From Coprobacillaceae bacterium (GTDB taxonomy: Bacteria; Bacillota_I; Bacilli_A; Erysipelotrichales; Coprobacillaceae), in NCBI GenBank assembly GCA_963675515.1, contig OY776328.1, positions 1,290,001 through 1,322,000 of the forward strand: 32,000 nucleotides of DNA, read 5' to 3'. The position numbers were made by a program, and so were the translations under genes. Below, one piece after another: positions 17,950-28,000 of the stretch; the stretch's first letter is position 1; each line of letters starts with the position of its first letter. The notes under the pieces were generated by a model. That model ran no database searches and was not told the origin of the DNA. It was given only the letters and a program-made list of their open reading frames with translations.

Positions 17950-17993
17950 ACAAAAAAAGGTATTAAACAACTATTGAATAGTTGCTTAATACC
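17950..17993 (-). terminator. rho-independent terminator of rpsD
   Basis: Long minus-strand hairpin GGTATTAAGCAACTATT-CAA-TAGTTGTTTAATACC (17959-17993) followed by a T7 run (plus-strand A7 at 17952-17958). Confidence 0.75.
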
Positions 17994-18009
17994 TAAATTT
18001 TTATTTGGG

Positions 18010-18615
18010 TTACCCCATTCTATTGTAGTACTCAACGATTAATGATTCATTGATTTCTTGGTTCAATTCTGATCTTTCAGGTAATCTAGTCATTTTACCT
18101 GTCAGTTTAGCTCCGTCAACTTCAACGAAAGCTGGTACATGAGTACGTCCTTCGATAGCTGCTTTGATAACTGCCATGTTTAAAGATTTTTCTCTGACTG
18201 CTACTACGTCACCAACGTTTACTTTCATTGATGGGATGTCAGCTTTGATTCCGTTTAAAGTGAAGTGTCCGTGGTTTACTAATTGTCTAGCTGCTCTTCT
18301 TGTAGGAGCGAATCCTAAACGGTAAACTACGTTGTCCAAACGGCTTTCCAGTAAGCAGAAGAAGTTGTAACCAGTGATTCCATCCATCTTAGATGCTCTT
18401 TTGAAAGTGTTGTGGAATTGTTTTTCGTTAACACCATACATATGTCTCACTTTTTGCTTTTCAGCTAATTGTGCCCCATATTCAGTTTGTTTTTTTCTTT
18501 TTTGTCCGTGTTGCCCAGGAGCGTAAGGACGTTTGTTTAGTTCTTTACCGTTTTCTAAAGTAGAGAATCCTAAACGACGTGATAATTTCCATTGTGGTCC
18601 AGTATAACGTGCCAT
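18010..18615 (-). CDS. rpsD: 30S ribosomal protein S4
   Basis: [16 protein letters not shown]...[10 protein letters not shown].(S/T)EYG.QL.EKQK.R..YG. GGAGGAAAAA ribosome-binding site. I start it at the internal ATG 18615 rather than at 18666. Confidence 0.95.
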   Translation of the reverse strand: MARYTGPQWKLSRRLGFSTLENGKELNKRPYAPGQHGQKRKKQTEYGAQLAEKQKVRHMYGVNEKQFHNTFKRASKMDGITGYNFFCLLESRLDNVVYRLGFAPTRRAARQLVNHGHFTLNGIKADIPSMKVNVGDVVAVREKSLNMAVIKAAIEGRTHVPAFVEVDGAKLTGKMTRLPERSELNQEINESLIVEYYNRMG

Positions 18616-18784
18616 TAATATTTTTCCTCCGTATATTGTTTTAGCAAGTAAAACAATAACATGCATAGATTATCCAGGTTGTGTCCATATTAAGTATTTC
18701 TCTTTGCAGCAAGATACTCTACAAACATTGGTTATGAACGCAATTGCTGAAACTCCATGTGCTGCTATCATTTATTGCCTTTCA

Positions 18785-18813
18785 ACTATAACGCAAGCCA
18801 ATGACAAAGTCAA
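18785..18813 (-). promoter_or_regulatory. rpsD promoter, leaving a leader of about 170 nt
   Basis: Minus strand TTGACT (18808-18813), 17-nt spacer, TATAGT (18785-18790). Confidence 0.55.
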
Positions 18814-18927
18814 GGTAAAAATGGATGAAATATTCGAATGTTTCATTGTTTTAGGATGATTGATTGCCTATTGACTTGGATCGGGTGAATTTGGGAAAAT
18901 GTCTGATTTTTACATGAGCAAGTCTTT

Positions 18928-18959
18928 TTGTTTCAAACTAGTGTCTTATGTGCTATACT
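18928..18959 (+). promoter_or_regulatory. putative extended -10 promoter for DUF3783-pyrF-pyrE
   Basis: TGCTATACT at 18951-18959 with a weak -35 (TTTCAA at 18931-18936). Confidence 0.4.
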
Positions 18960-19010
18960 TGTTGTAAGTATGGGGTATTTATGATATTCTAACTAATCGA
19001 GGTGAATACA

Positions 19011-19400
19011 ATGAAAGAATTAATCTTATTGGTAAATTTGGATGGAACCCAGGATGGCATCGCCATCGGTTCGATTGCCCGGAATTTGGGCGTGGATGTA
19101 AGGCATCTTGGCGACACTGATTTCAATCAGGAAGTCGGTTATCTTGTCGGTCTTGAGTCATATGACTTCGATGATGAGGCAAAGGTGACTTCGCTCGAGG
19201 AGAAGATGATGGTGCTTCACAATTTCTCGGATGAACAGATCGAACTGTTTTTGGATGTCTGCCGCCAGGCGGAAGTTTCGTACATTCCTTTAAAAGCAGT
19301 GACAACGCCGACAAACGTGCAATGGCGCTTTGTCGAGCTTTATAAAAACGTGAAAGCCGAATATGAAGAGATGCAACGGCTTCACTCAAGTGAAAATTAG
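19011..19400 (+). CDS. DUF3783 domain protein
   Basis: The pattern MMVLHNFSDEQIELFLDVCRQAEV.YIPLKAVTTPTNVQWRFVELYKNVKAEYEEM is typical of DUF3783 as I recall it. GAGGTG ribosome-binding site lies before the ATG at 19011. Confidence 0.7.
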   Translation: MKELILLVNLDGTQDGIAIGSIARNLGVDVRHLGDTDFNQEVGYLVGLESYDFDDEAKVTSLEEKMMVLHNFSDEQIELFLDVCRQAEVSYIPLKAVTTPTNVQWRFVELYKNVKAEYEEMQRLHSSEN

Positions 19401-19409
19401 GAGGGGCGC

Positions 19410-20120
19410 ATGAATTCTAGAGTATGTATCGCATTGGATTTTGATTCGACTGCAAAGGTGGTTGAATTTTTGGACTCGTTTCCCAAAGGTGAAAAGCTGC
19501 TGGTGAAAATCGGGATGGAAGTTTTCTATGGGCAAGGCTTGGAAATCATCAAGACGGTGAAAAGCTATGGCCATGACATCTTTCTGGATCTCAAACTTCA
19601 CGACATTCCCAATACCGTCAAATCGGCTATGAGCCAGCTGGCCAAGCTTGATGTGGATATTGTCAATGTCCATGCCAGCGGATCGATCGCGATGATGAAA
19701 GCCGCGATTGAAGGATTGGAACAGGGAAAAATCAAGGACAAGCGTCCACTTTGCATTGCGGTTACCTGTCTGACTTCGCTTTCGCAGGAAGTGTTGAACA
19801 AGGAACTTCTTATCGACAAGACTATCGATGAGACGGTGTTGCAGTTTGCCACCAATGCCAAAGAGGCGGGACTTGACGGGGTTGTCTGTTCGCCGTTGGA
19901 ATCGAAACTGATCCACGACAATCTGGGTCTCGACTTTTTGACAGTCACTCCAGGAGTGAGATTGAAGGATGATTCGACCGATGATCAACAACGGGTGACG
20001 ACACCAAGCGACGCTCGTGCGCTGACTTCAAGCTACATCGTCGTGGGCCGGCCGATAACCAGGGCAAACGACCCTTATGCAACATATAGAAAAATAGTAA
20101 GAGAATTCGAAGGGGAATAA
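19410..20120 (+). CDS. pyrF: orotidine 5'-phosphate decarboxylase
   Basis: CIALDF......F......[30 protein letters not shown] and VVGRPIT. Confidence 0.95.
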   Translation: MNSRVCIALDFDSTAKVVEFLDSFPKGEKLLVKIGMEVFYGQGLEIIKTVKSYGHDIFLDLKLHDIPNTVKSAMSQLAKLDVDIVNVHASGSIAMMKAAIEGLEQGKIKDKRPLCIAVTCLTSLSQEVLNKELLIDKTIDETVLQFATNAKEAGLDGVVCSPLESKLIHDNLGLDFLTVTPGVRLKDDSTDDQQRVTTPSDARALTSSYIVVGRPITRANDPYATYRKIVREFEGE

Positions 20121-20122
20121 TA

Positions 20123-20755
20123 ATGGAAAAATTGATCGCAACACATTTATTGGATATTCAGGCAGTATTTTTAAAACCGAACGACCCGTTCACATGGGCG
20201 AGTGGAATCAAGTCACCGATTTACTGTGACAACCGCCTGACTCTTTCATTTCCAAGAGTCCGCAAAGATATCGAAGCCGGTCTTGCCAAACTGATCCAGG
20301 AAAACTATCCTGAAGTCGAGTGCCTGATGGGTACGGCGACAGCAGGAATCCCGCACGCGGCGTTGGTTGGAGACATTCTTGATCTGCCGATGGGTTATGT
20401 GCGCGGTGGTGCCAAAAGCCACGGCCGCAACAACCGCATCGAAGGAGTTGTCAAACCTGGCATGAAGGTTGTCGTTGTCGAAGACCTGATCTCGACTGGC
20501 GGTTCGTCGCTTGAGTGTGTCGAAGCCTTGAGGGAAGCCGGTTGCGAGGTGTTGGGTCTGGTTGCCATCTTCACTTACGGTCTGGCTAAAGCGGAAGCCA
20601 ATTTTGCCGCGGCAGACTGTTCTTACCGTACTTTGACCAATTACGATGCTTTAGTTGAAGTAGCTGTGGCTAAAGATTATATCGCGGAATCTGACAAAGA
20701 AAAGCTGTTCGCGTGGAAAAAAGACCCAAGCGACCAGTCATGGATGGACAAATAG
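20123..20755 (+). CDS. pyrE: orotate phosphoribosyltransferase
   Basis: [16 protein letters not shown] and the PRPP loop [14 protein letters not shown]. It starts 2 nt after the pyrF stop. Confidence 0.95.
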   Translation: MEKLIATHLLDIQAVFLKPNDPFTWASGIKSPIYCDNRLTLSFPRVRKDIEAGLAKLIQENYPEVECLMGTATAGIPHAALVGDILDLPMGYVRGGAKSHGRNNRIEGVVKPGMKVVVVEDLISTGGSSLECVEALREAGCEVLGLVAIFTYGLAKAEANFAAADCSYRTLTNYDALVEVAVAKDYIAESDKEKLFAWKKDPSDQSWMDK

Positions 20756-20762
20756 GCGCTTT

Positions 20763-21620
20763 ATGAACAACGCCAAAATCCGTTTTGATACAGCTACAGT
20801 TTTAAAAGAAGCTTTCCAGCCTTTGTTTTTGACTTTTCTGTTCATATTGCTCATCAACCAGGGGATCTCCACCTTCGCCTCGATGTTTGGCGATACGATC
20901 GGCCAGATACTGACGCTCATTGGAACAGTTGCGACATTGCCGTTGGCCCAGGGTCAGGTAAAAGCGGCATTGAAGGCGGTCAACAACCAGGTTGATGCCA
21001 TCGATCCCAAAGATGACGGTCTGGTGGGGCTTCGCCATTACACCCGCTATTTCTCGACCTATTTCGTGATTTTCATGATCACGCTTATGAGCGTGCTGGT
21101 AATCGTCCTGATCGGGGTGGTTCTTGTCATGGCGACCCAGGGAAATGTCCTGGCAAGTCTTGGTGACTACTATCTGACATTTACCGATGTCAACGCCCTG
21201 GTGGCGGCGATGCAAAGCGACGCGGCTTTGATGAGTGCGATCTATTCGACCCTTGGCATCATCCTGGTGATCCTTGCTTTGATCGGGATTGTGTATCTTT
21301 TCATCTACAGCCATATCGCCCTGGCGCCGTTCATCCTGGAAAAGTATGACTACCGCGGGTTTAAGGCTGTTACCACGAGTGCTGCATATATGAAAAACAA
21401 GAAGTGGGACCTGGTCAAGTTGATGATTTCCTTCATCCCCCACGCCTTGCTTGGGGTGCTGGCGATGACGTTCATTGACGGTTTCATTTCCAATGCCGTG
21501 CTTGCCTCGCTGATTTCAAGTATCGTATTTATCGCTATCTTGAACATCCGGTTCAAGGTCGCCTTGGCATACTTCTTCGAAGAGGCAGATATCGCCTATG
21601 AAGGATCGACGCATGAATGA
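20763..21620 (+). CDS. integral membrane protein, DUF975-like
   Basis: Multi-TM protein whose N-terminal layout resembles DUF975. This is a weak assignment made by eye. Confidence 0.55.
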   Translation: MNNAKIRFDTATVLKEAFQPLFLTFLFILLINQGISTFASMFGDTIGQILTLIGTVATLPLAQGQVKAALKAVNNQVDAIDPKDDGLVGLRHYTRYFSTYFVIFMITLMSVLVIVLIGVVLVMATQGNVLASLGDYYLTFTDVNALVAAMQSDAALMSAIYSTLGIILVILALIGIVYLFIYSHIALAPFILEKYDYRGFKAVTTSAAYMKNKKWDLVKLMISFIPHALLGVLAMTFIDGFISNAVLASLISSIVFIAILNIRFKVALAYFFEEADIAYEGSTHE

Positions 21621-22359
21621 CCGGTTGAGAATCGATGATTCCGTTCTCGCCGGGAAACTTACCGGTAACATGATCGCCTATGGCTACCTTACCGGCAGTG
21701 CGATGTACTTCTTTTCCGCTCCTTTGATCGGCCAATACCTGGCAGTCTTGCTGGTAGGCCATTATGGCAGTTACAACCTGCTTCTGGCGGTGTTAAACCT
21801 GTTTTTCCAGCTGATCATGCTTGTCACGATGATTGCCATCATGAAGGATTTCGTTATCGAAAGCTTCCGCCACTTTGCAAGAGGCTGGAAGGTCGAGCTG
21901 TTGTGGAGCTTCAGTGTCGGCTTTCCGGTGATGTTCATCATCAATGCCCTGCTTGGTGGGTTGGTTACCTTGTTTGTCTCGAGCGAGAGCGCCAACGAGG
22001 CTGCCATCACCCAGCAGGCCCAAAGCAACTTCGCGATAATTGTAATCACCTCGGTGATCCTGGCGCCGGTTGTGGAGGAACTGTTTTTCAGAGGGGTCAT
22101 CTTCCGCTCGCTGTCCCGGTACAATGTGGTGCTGGGCATGATTGTCTCATCGCTGGTTTTTGGATTCATCCATATATATCAGGCTTTGTTTGCGGGTGAT
22201 CTAAGCCAGCTGTACTACCTGATCCAATACGGCGGGATGGGTTTGGTGCTTTCCTGGGTGTACGTCACGAGGCGCAACATCTTTTCGGCCGTTGTCGTCC
22301 ACCTGCTCAACAATGCCATCTCGATGGTGCTGTTGTGGATTTCGTTTGGATTAATGTGA
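21598..22359 (+). CDS. CPBP family intramembrane glutamic endopeptidase (CAAX/Abi); alternative start ATG 21613
   Basis: Motif 1 PVVEELFFRG, motif 2 FGFIH and motif 3 HLLNN, set in a multi-TM protein. Confidence 0.85.
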   Translation: MKDRRMNDRLRIDDSVLAGKLTGNMIAYGYLTGSAMYFFSAPLIGQYLAVLLVGHYGSYNLLLAVLNLFFQLIMLVTMIAIMKDFVIESFRHFARGWKVELLWSFSVGFPVMFIINALLGGLVTLFVSSESANEAAITQQAQSNFAIIVITSVILAPVVEELFFRGVIFRSLSRYNVVLGMIVSSLVFGFIHIYQALFAGDLSQLYYLIQYGGMGLVLSWVYVTRRNIFSAVVVHLLNNAISMVLLWISFGLM

Positions 22360-22408
22360 TAGCGACTGGGAGTCTTATCAAGGGCTTCCGGTTTTTTTTG
22401 TGCGATAA

Positions 22409-22438
22409 TTGTAAACAAAGAGATAATTGTGGTAAAAT
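22409..22438 (+). promoter_or_regulatory. putative promoter of the jet operon
   Basis: TTGTAA (22409-22414), 18-nt spacer, extended -10 TGGTAAAAT (22430-22438). It lies about 30 nt upstream of the RBS/ATG at 22468. Confidence 0.45.
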
Positions 22439-22467
22439 GAATGAAATATTGTACCCGGGGGAATCAT

Positions 22468-23937
22468 ATGCAATTAGAACCAATCAAACAAACATCATAC
22501 CTGACAGCCTTGAACTGTCACCTGTATCGAAGGATCATGCGGATCGTCTATCTCGAGAGCACCCATTACAACTATCATCTCGACCTTGAGAAAATCATGG
22601 AGAAACTTGAAAATGACGGGTTCGATGGAGCCGTTGATGAGACGACGCTCAAAAACGCCCTTGATGCCCTGGTGGACTGGGGCAATCTGACCGCCATCCA
22701 GGATGCCAAACAGGTCAACACGATTGCCGAATTCAAGGCCCGCAAGTTCCGCTATTCGATCAGTGATGCCGCCCTGGAAGTCGAGCGGATGGTGATGAAA
22801 CTCGAAAACCTGACTGTAAAAAGCAACACCGCCTCGCTAGGCTATCTCAAGCGGCTGTACCAGGAATTCAAAAGGATCCTTACGATAAGCGATGCCAGCG
22901 ATATGCAGCTGCTCGAGTGGTGGGAGTATGTCGGAAACGATTTTGCGACCTTGAACCTGGTTTACAGCGACTATCTCCGGGATTTTTCCGGCGACCGGTC
23001 AGCGAAGCTGATGCAGTCGCTGGAGTTCTTGCAACACAAGGAGTACTTCGTCAAGATGCTCAAGGATTTCGTCACCCAGTTGCAGATTTATGCCATCGAG
23101 TTCGAGAAGATCCTGGTGAGCCTTGAGAGCGACTATGTCGACAATATCCTTGAGAGCATCATAACCGCCCAGAAGAAGAACCCGTCTTCGCTTGGTGCGC
23201 TTGAATACACCGATGAAAAATACCTGAGAGACGGGGTTTTTGGCCGCTACAGCGAGCTGCGAAGGTGGTTTGTCAAGTCACCAGGCAGCCAGAGTGAAGT
23301 TGAAGCGATCATGGATAGAACGAACATCATTATCCGCCAGATTATCCAGAATGCCGGCCTGATCATCGACTTCCATGAAGGGATAATATCAAAGAAGGAT
23401 GATTACCGCCATTACCTGAAACTCTTCGCCAGGATATCCGAGCTAAGTGAGGCCCACAGGCTGGCGGCCCATCTTTTCGGGGTCCATGACATCCGTCATT
23501 ACCAGACCAATGCGCCCCGCCTGAGCGAGAGCAGTGCCATTTCGACTTTCGACGAGGCGCCCCAGGTGTTCGAAGTCAAGCCGATGACCCGGAAATACCG
23601 GATCAAGCAGGAAAAAATCAGACTGGTCGACCGCTCGCTGGAAAAGCAACTCCAAAGCCAGGCCCATCAGGCGATGATTGCCGGTCAGATCAAGATCGCC
23701 AATACCTACATCAAGGCCAAACGGATCGACTTCAAGGACATCGTTGACGAAATATCGCCCTCGACCCGGCTGCTGCTGCTGTCGTGGGTAGCCAGCGCAT
23801 CGGGCACGATTGACAAGGTCGGCACAAGCGAGTTTGGCCGGCGCTTCAAACTAATGAGAATGGATGAGACAATCACGCTTCGCTGCAGTGATGGCGACCT
23901 TGAGATGCCCCGTTTCATCCTGGAATTCGAGGATTAA
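22468..23937 (+). CDS. jetA: Wadjet JetA-like protein (DUF2397 / TIGR02677-like; kleisin/MksF analogue), 489 aa
   Basis: First gene of the four-gene operon. The N-terminal YLTALNCHLYRRIMRIVY resembles the TIGR02677 start as I recall it. GGGGGAA ribosome-binding site lies before ATG 22468, so the ORF-track start 22441 is probably too early. Confidence 0.75.
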   Translation: MQLEPIKQTSYLTALNCHLYRRIMRIVYLESTHYNYHLDLEKIMEKLENDGFDGAVDETTLKNALDALVDWGNLTAIQDAKQVNTIAEFKARKFRYSISDAALEVERMVMKLENLTVKSNTASLGYLKRLYQEFKRILTISDASDMQLLEWWEYVGNDFATLNLVYSDYLRDFSGDRSAKLMQSLEFLQHKEYFVKMLKDFVTQLQIYAIEFEKILVSLESDYVDNILESIITAQKKNPSSLGALEYTDEKYLRDGVFGRYSELRRWFVKSPGSQSEVEAIMDRTNIIIRQIIQNAGLIIDFHEGIISKKDDYRHYLKLFARISELSEAHRLAAHLFGVHDIRHYQTNAPRLSESSAISTFDEAPQVFEVKPMTRKYRIKQEKIRLVDRSLEKQLQSQAHQAMIAGQIKIANTYIKAKRIDFKDIVDEISPSTRLLLLSWVASASGTIDKVGTSEFGRRFKLMRMDETITLRCSDGDLEMPRFILEFED

Positions 23938-23943
23938 GATAAG

Positions 23944-25053
23944 ATGATACCAAAGGAATTGCTTGAAAACTTCTGGGTCCAAAAAAGCGACGACCCCAAG
24001 AAGTTCTATCAGCTAAAAAGAGAACTCAAAGAGTCGCAAAGCTTCATCAACAACCAGATCGGCTGGAAAGTCATTGCCAATGACAATCTCCTCAAGATAG
24101 AAAAGACCCCTTACCTGGCTTCAAGCTACATGGGGATTGGAGAATTTAACGATGTCGACGATTACCTTTTCCTGGTGGCCACCCTGATCTTCCTTGAGGA
24201 CAAGGGCGTGCATGAGCAGTTTTTGCTTTCAGGCTACATCGAAGGAATCGAGGTCATCCTGGGCGATCTTGTCGAACTGGACTGGACGAGCTATTCTAGG
24301 CGCCGGACGCTGATCAGGGTCATGGAATACTGTCTAAGTCTTGGTCTGCTCAAGGTGACTGACGGTTCGCTGGATGGCTTCAAGAGCGGGGGCGAGGGCG
24401 AGGTGCTCTACGAGAACACCGGACTGTCGAAGTATTACCCGGTGAGTTTCAACTTCGATGTCACCAAGATCGAAGGGGTTGACGACCTGGTCGTGCAAGC
24501 CAATGAGTCGACCGACATCCTGCGCAACTGCGTCTATCAACTCCTTATCACCAGTCCGGGGGTGACCTGGAGCTCAAGCGAGGATGTCTTTGGCAAGTAT
24601 CTCAAGAACCAGCGTTTCAATATCCAGAAAAACATCGACCGCTATTTAAGCGGTGAGCTGATGATATTCAAGAACTCGGCCTATCTGATGGTCTCGAGCG
24701 ATGACAAATATGGAACCCTTCATCCCAGCGGCAAATCGATCAGTTCGCTGGTGCTGTTTGTCCAGAAGCGGATTGTTCAAAGCTGCAACGATGGCGAACT
24801 CAAGCTTTTGAGTGAGGATGTGATCGAGATAGGCGAGGAAGAATTTTCCAAGCTGGTGATCGGTGTTTACAACCAGGTTCTTCCGGGGTTGTCGATCGAG
24901 TATCGCAATATGGATATCGACAACGTGATCAAGGCGGTGGTTTGCTATATGGAGGAATTCCACCTGATCAGACGTGACGAAAATAAGATAATAATACAAG
25001 GGGCGGTGGCCCGTCATGAGGGAAGCTACCCTTATGATTTTGTGGAGGCGTAG
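23944..25053 (+). CDS. jetB: Wadjet JetB-like protein (DUF2398 / TIGR02678-like; MksE analogue), 369 aa
   Basis: The position, size and acidic character fit. It starts 6 nt after jetA, has a GAGGAT ribosome-binding site, and its stop abuts the jetC ATG. Confidence 0.7.
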   Translation: MIPKELLENFWVQKSDDPKKFYQLKRELKESQSFINNQIGWKVIANDNLLKIEKTPYLASSYMGIGEFNDVDDYLFLVATLIFLEDKGVHEQFLLSGYIEGIEVILGDLVELDWTSYSRRRTLIRVMEYCLSLGLLKVTDGSLDGFKSGGEGEVLYENTGLSKYYPVSFNFDVTKIEGVDDLVVQANESTDILRNCVYQLLITSPGVTWSSSEDVFGKYLKNQRFNIQKNIDRYLSGELMIFKNSAYLMVSSDDKYGTLHPSGKSISSLVLFVQKRIVQSCNDGELKLLSEDVIEIGEEEFSKLVIGVYNQVLPGLSIEYRNMDIDNVIKAVVCYMEEFHLIRRDENKIIIQGAVARHEGSYPYDFVEA

Positions 25054-28000
25054 ATGAAAGAAAGATGGCAGATGCATCGGATGGGACTTGTGAATTTCTG
25101 GTATTTCGATGACCAGGAGTTCGAGTTTGCCAATGGCAAGCTTCTGATCCGGGGACAGAACGGATCGGGGAAATCGATATCGACCCAATCGTTCATCCCG
25201 TTCATATTGGATGGCAACAAGGCACCATACCGGCTGGATCCCTTCGGGTCCAAGGACCGGCGAATGGAATATTATTTCCTGCTCGATGGCAAGAATGACG
25301 AATCGGTCGGGTATATCTGGCTGGAGTTCAAGAAGATGGGATCCGACCAGTACCGGACCCTGGTCATCGGACAGCGGGCCCGCAAGAACAGCGACATGCA
25401 GTTCTGGAGCGGCATCATCCTGGACAACCGCAGGATCAACCGCGACTTCCAGCTCAAAAAGCGCCTGGGCGACTCATGGGTTATCCTTGCCAAACAGGAA
25501 TTCAAAAACGCGCTGGGGGAAAGCAATTTCTACTCTGAGCGGGCGGTGGAGTACAAGGCCGCGGTCAACAAGCATATTTTCGGTTTCGACCAGCTGGAAC
25601 AGTACGACCAGTTCGTTGATCTGCTTATCAAGGTGCGGGCGCCCAAGCTTTCCAAGGAATTCAAGCCGACCAAGATCTACGAGATCTACAATGAAAGCCT
25701 CCAGGTGCTAAGCGACAGCGACATCCTGCCGATGGTCGAATCGATGGAAGAGATCGACCGGACCCAGGCTAAGCTCGATGAATTCCAGGCGACCAAAAAG
25801 GCGCTGGACAATGTCGGTCGCGTCTACAATGTATATAACCGCTACTACCTGGCCAAAAAGGCGCAAAATTACATCCGTCATCGCGATGAGTTCAAGGATC
25901 TTTCCAACCGGCTTATAGCCGGAGAGGGACAGTATGACGCCAACCAGAAAGCGATGGAGGAAATCGATAAAAGGACCGGTGAGCTAGGTGAAGCCAACTC
26001 CCTGCTCCAAACCGAAAGGGCCAGTCTCCCGCTTGATGATATCGAAGCCAAGATTGAAAGCTACAAACTAGCCAAGAGCGAAGTTCAAGATCAGGTAAAT
26101 GAACTCAAGGCGCTTCAAGTCAAACTCGACGGGGCCCTGGTGGAAAAAGATGTCAAAATCACCCAGCGCCGTCAACTTGAACAGGATGCAAGTGACTGCG
26201 AGTATCTCGCTTCAAAAGGGATCAAGGAACTTGACTCGATCAACGAGATTGCGAAATTGCCTGGACATCAAAAGATCCGCCGCCTGGAAAATCCCAATGA
26301 ACTTCTAGGCCAGTGCGACGAACTGGAAGGGGAGTTGAACAAGGTTGCCAAAAAGGTCGACCAGGTTCTTGGCTGCCTTGACTCGCGCCATCAAGAACAG
26401 CTAAAGCGTGATGAACTCGCGCAAGAGCTGTCTCATGTCAATGAACAGATCGCCCAAAGCAACAGTCTCCTTGATGGAAAGACCCGGGAGATTGAAAATG
26501 CCAAGGATGAGCTGATCAACCGGTTCTATCACTACGTCCAGGAGAATCACGCCCTGGATATTTCAAGCCGGACTGGCGATCTGGCCAATATTATCAGGGA
26601 ATACAAAGGCTATGGCGATTTCAAAATGATCGACCGGATCCTGGTGGAACTAAAAGGCGACCAGGCGATGACTTTAAGCAAGTCGGTGCTGGAGATGCGT
26701 TTTGCCTTGAACAACTTCCAGAAGGACAGGGATCTGCTTAACCAGGAACTCATCAGCCTCATCCAGGCGCAGGATCTGGAATACCCGGCCAATGATTCCG
26801 TTGGCCTGGGTCGGAAAATCCTCAAAGACAACGGGATTGATTTTATCAGTGTTTACCAGGCGTTGGAGTTCGACGAATCGCTTGGTGTCGAGTCAAAAAA
26901 CATCCTCGAAGCCCAGCTGGTAGCGACCAATCTGATCGATGCGATCATCGTCAATCATGAAAACTACCAGCAAGCCAAGGAGCTGTTGCGGGGTCATGAC
27001 CAGATCCTGGTGGCTCCTACAAGCCAGGGCCATAAGGGCAGACGGTTTGTAAGGGGGAACCATCCCCGCTTTGAATCGGAAATCGATGATTTCATCGCGA
27101 TGTTCGATGCCGATGAAAAATTCGGGCTTAACGGCCATTACCGCTACGGGCTGGTTGAAGGTTTCGTCTCATCCAGGCATGAAAGCGTCTATGTGGGCGA
27201 ACAGTCGCGCAAGGCCAATCGTAAAAGACAGATCGCTTCGATCGAAACAAAAATCGCCCTGCTCGAAAAACAGATCGCAACGGCCAGCCAGGAAATTGAC
27301 CAGCTCGAACAAGCCGGGATCAGGCTGGAGGAAGACTATGAAAGCCTCCAGGTATTCGACGGCCTCGACGAGTTGCTTGGACAGCTTGGTGAACTTGAAG
27401 CCTGGCTGATCCAGGCCGCCAGAAGGCAACAGGAGCTTTCCAACCAGGTCGAGCAAGTCAAGGCCAGGCTGGTGAAAATCAAGAACGACATGCTTGGACT
27501 GTCCCGGGACCTGCCATACCATCTTGAAAGTGGTATTTATCAGGATGTCAAAGAGAGCCTGGGCGACTATCGGACCGCATTGAACCAGGTGAACCGCGAA
27601 TTGCTTCTATGGCAGACCAAGAGTGTCCAGGTGCAAACGATCGGCGAGGTTGTCGACAAGATAAGTGAACAGGTCGATCAATTCTATGCCCTGACCCGCC
27701 AGGAAGAAAGCAGGATTGCCAAAAACCGCACCATTATCGCGACAATCGAAAACTACCTCAATCAAGAATCGACCAAGGAGCTTCATAAGCGGGTCAGAAG
27801 AATCGACGAAACGCTCGAAGTGAACGGGCTTGAACTCGAAGAACTCACCAGCCAGCGCCATCTATACCGGGAAGCGAATCTCCTGCTTGAGCGCGATATC
27901 GCCCTTATGGCAGGCCAGAAAGAAAAAGCGGAGGTCTGCCTCGATCTTTCAAGGGAACTGTTTGTCCAGGAACTTGACCTGGAATACGTGCCTGGGATAA

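Noticed and set aside
18010-18615. rpsD is much more AT-rich than the flanking pyr and jet genes (19/60 and 24/60 G+C in two hand-counted lines), raising the possibility that it belongs to the foreign island
   Set aside because: Its codon choice (CGT, GGT, GCT, GTA, ACT, AAA, GAA) is the classic translational-selection bias of highly expressed Bacillota ribosomal genes. It also has its own promoter, leader and terminator. Codon bias explains this more simply than horizontal transfer does.
19386-21443. Long antisense ORFs (19386-19991, 201 aa; 19598-19948, 116 aa; 20802-21443, 213 aa) opposite pyrF and the DUF975-like gene
   Set aside because: They lie opposite genes with unambiguous identity or clear membrane topology. 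Their His/Arg/Gln/Asp-rich, low-complexity translations are typical of antisense frames.
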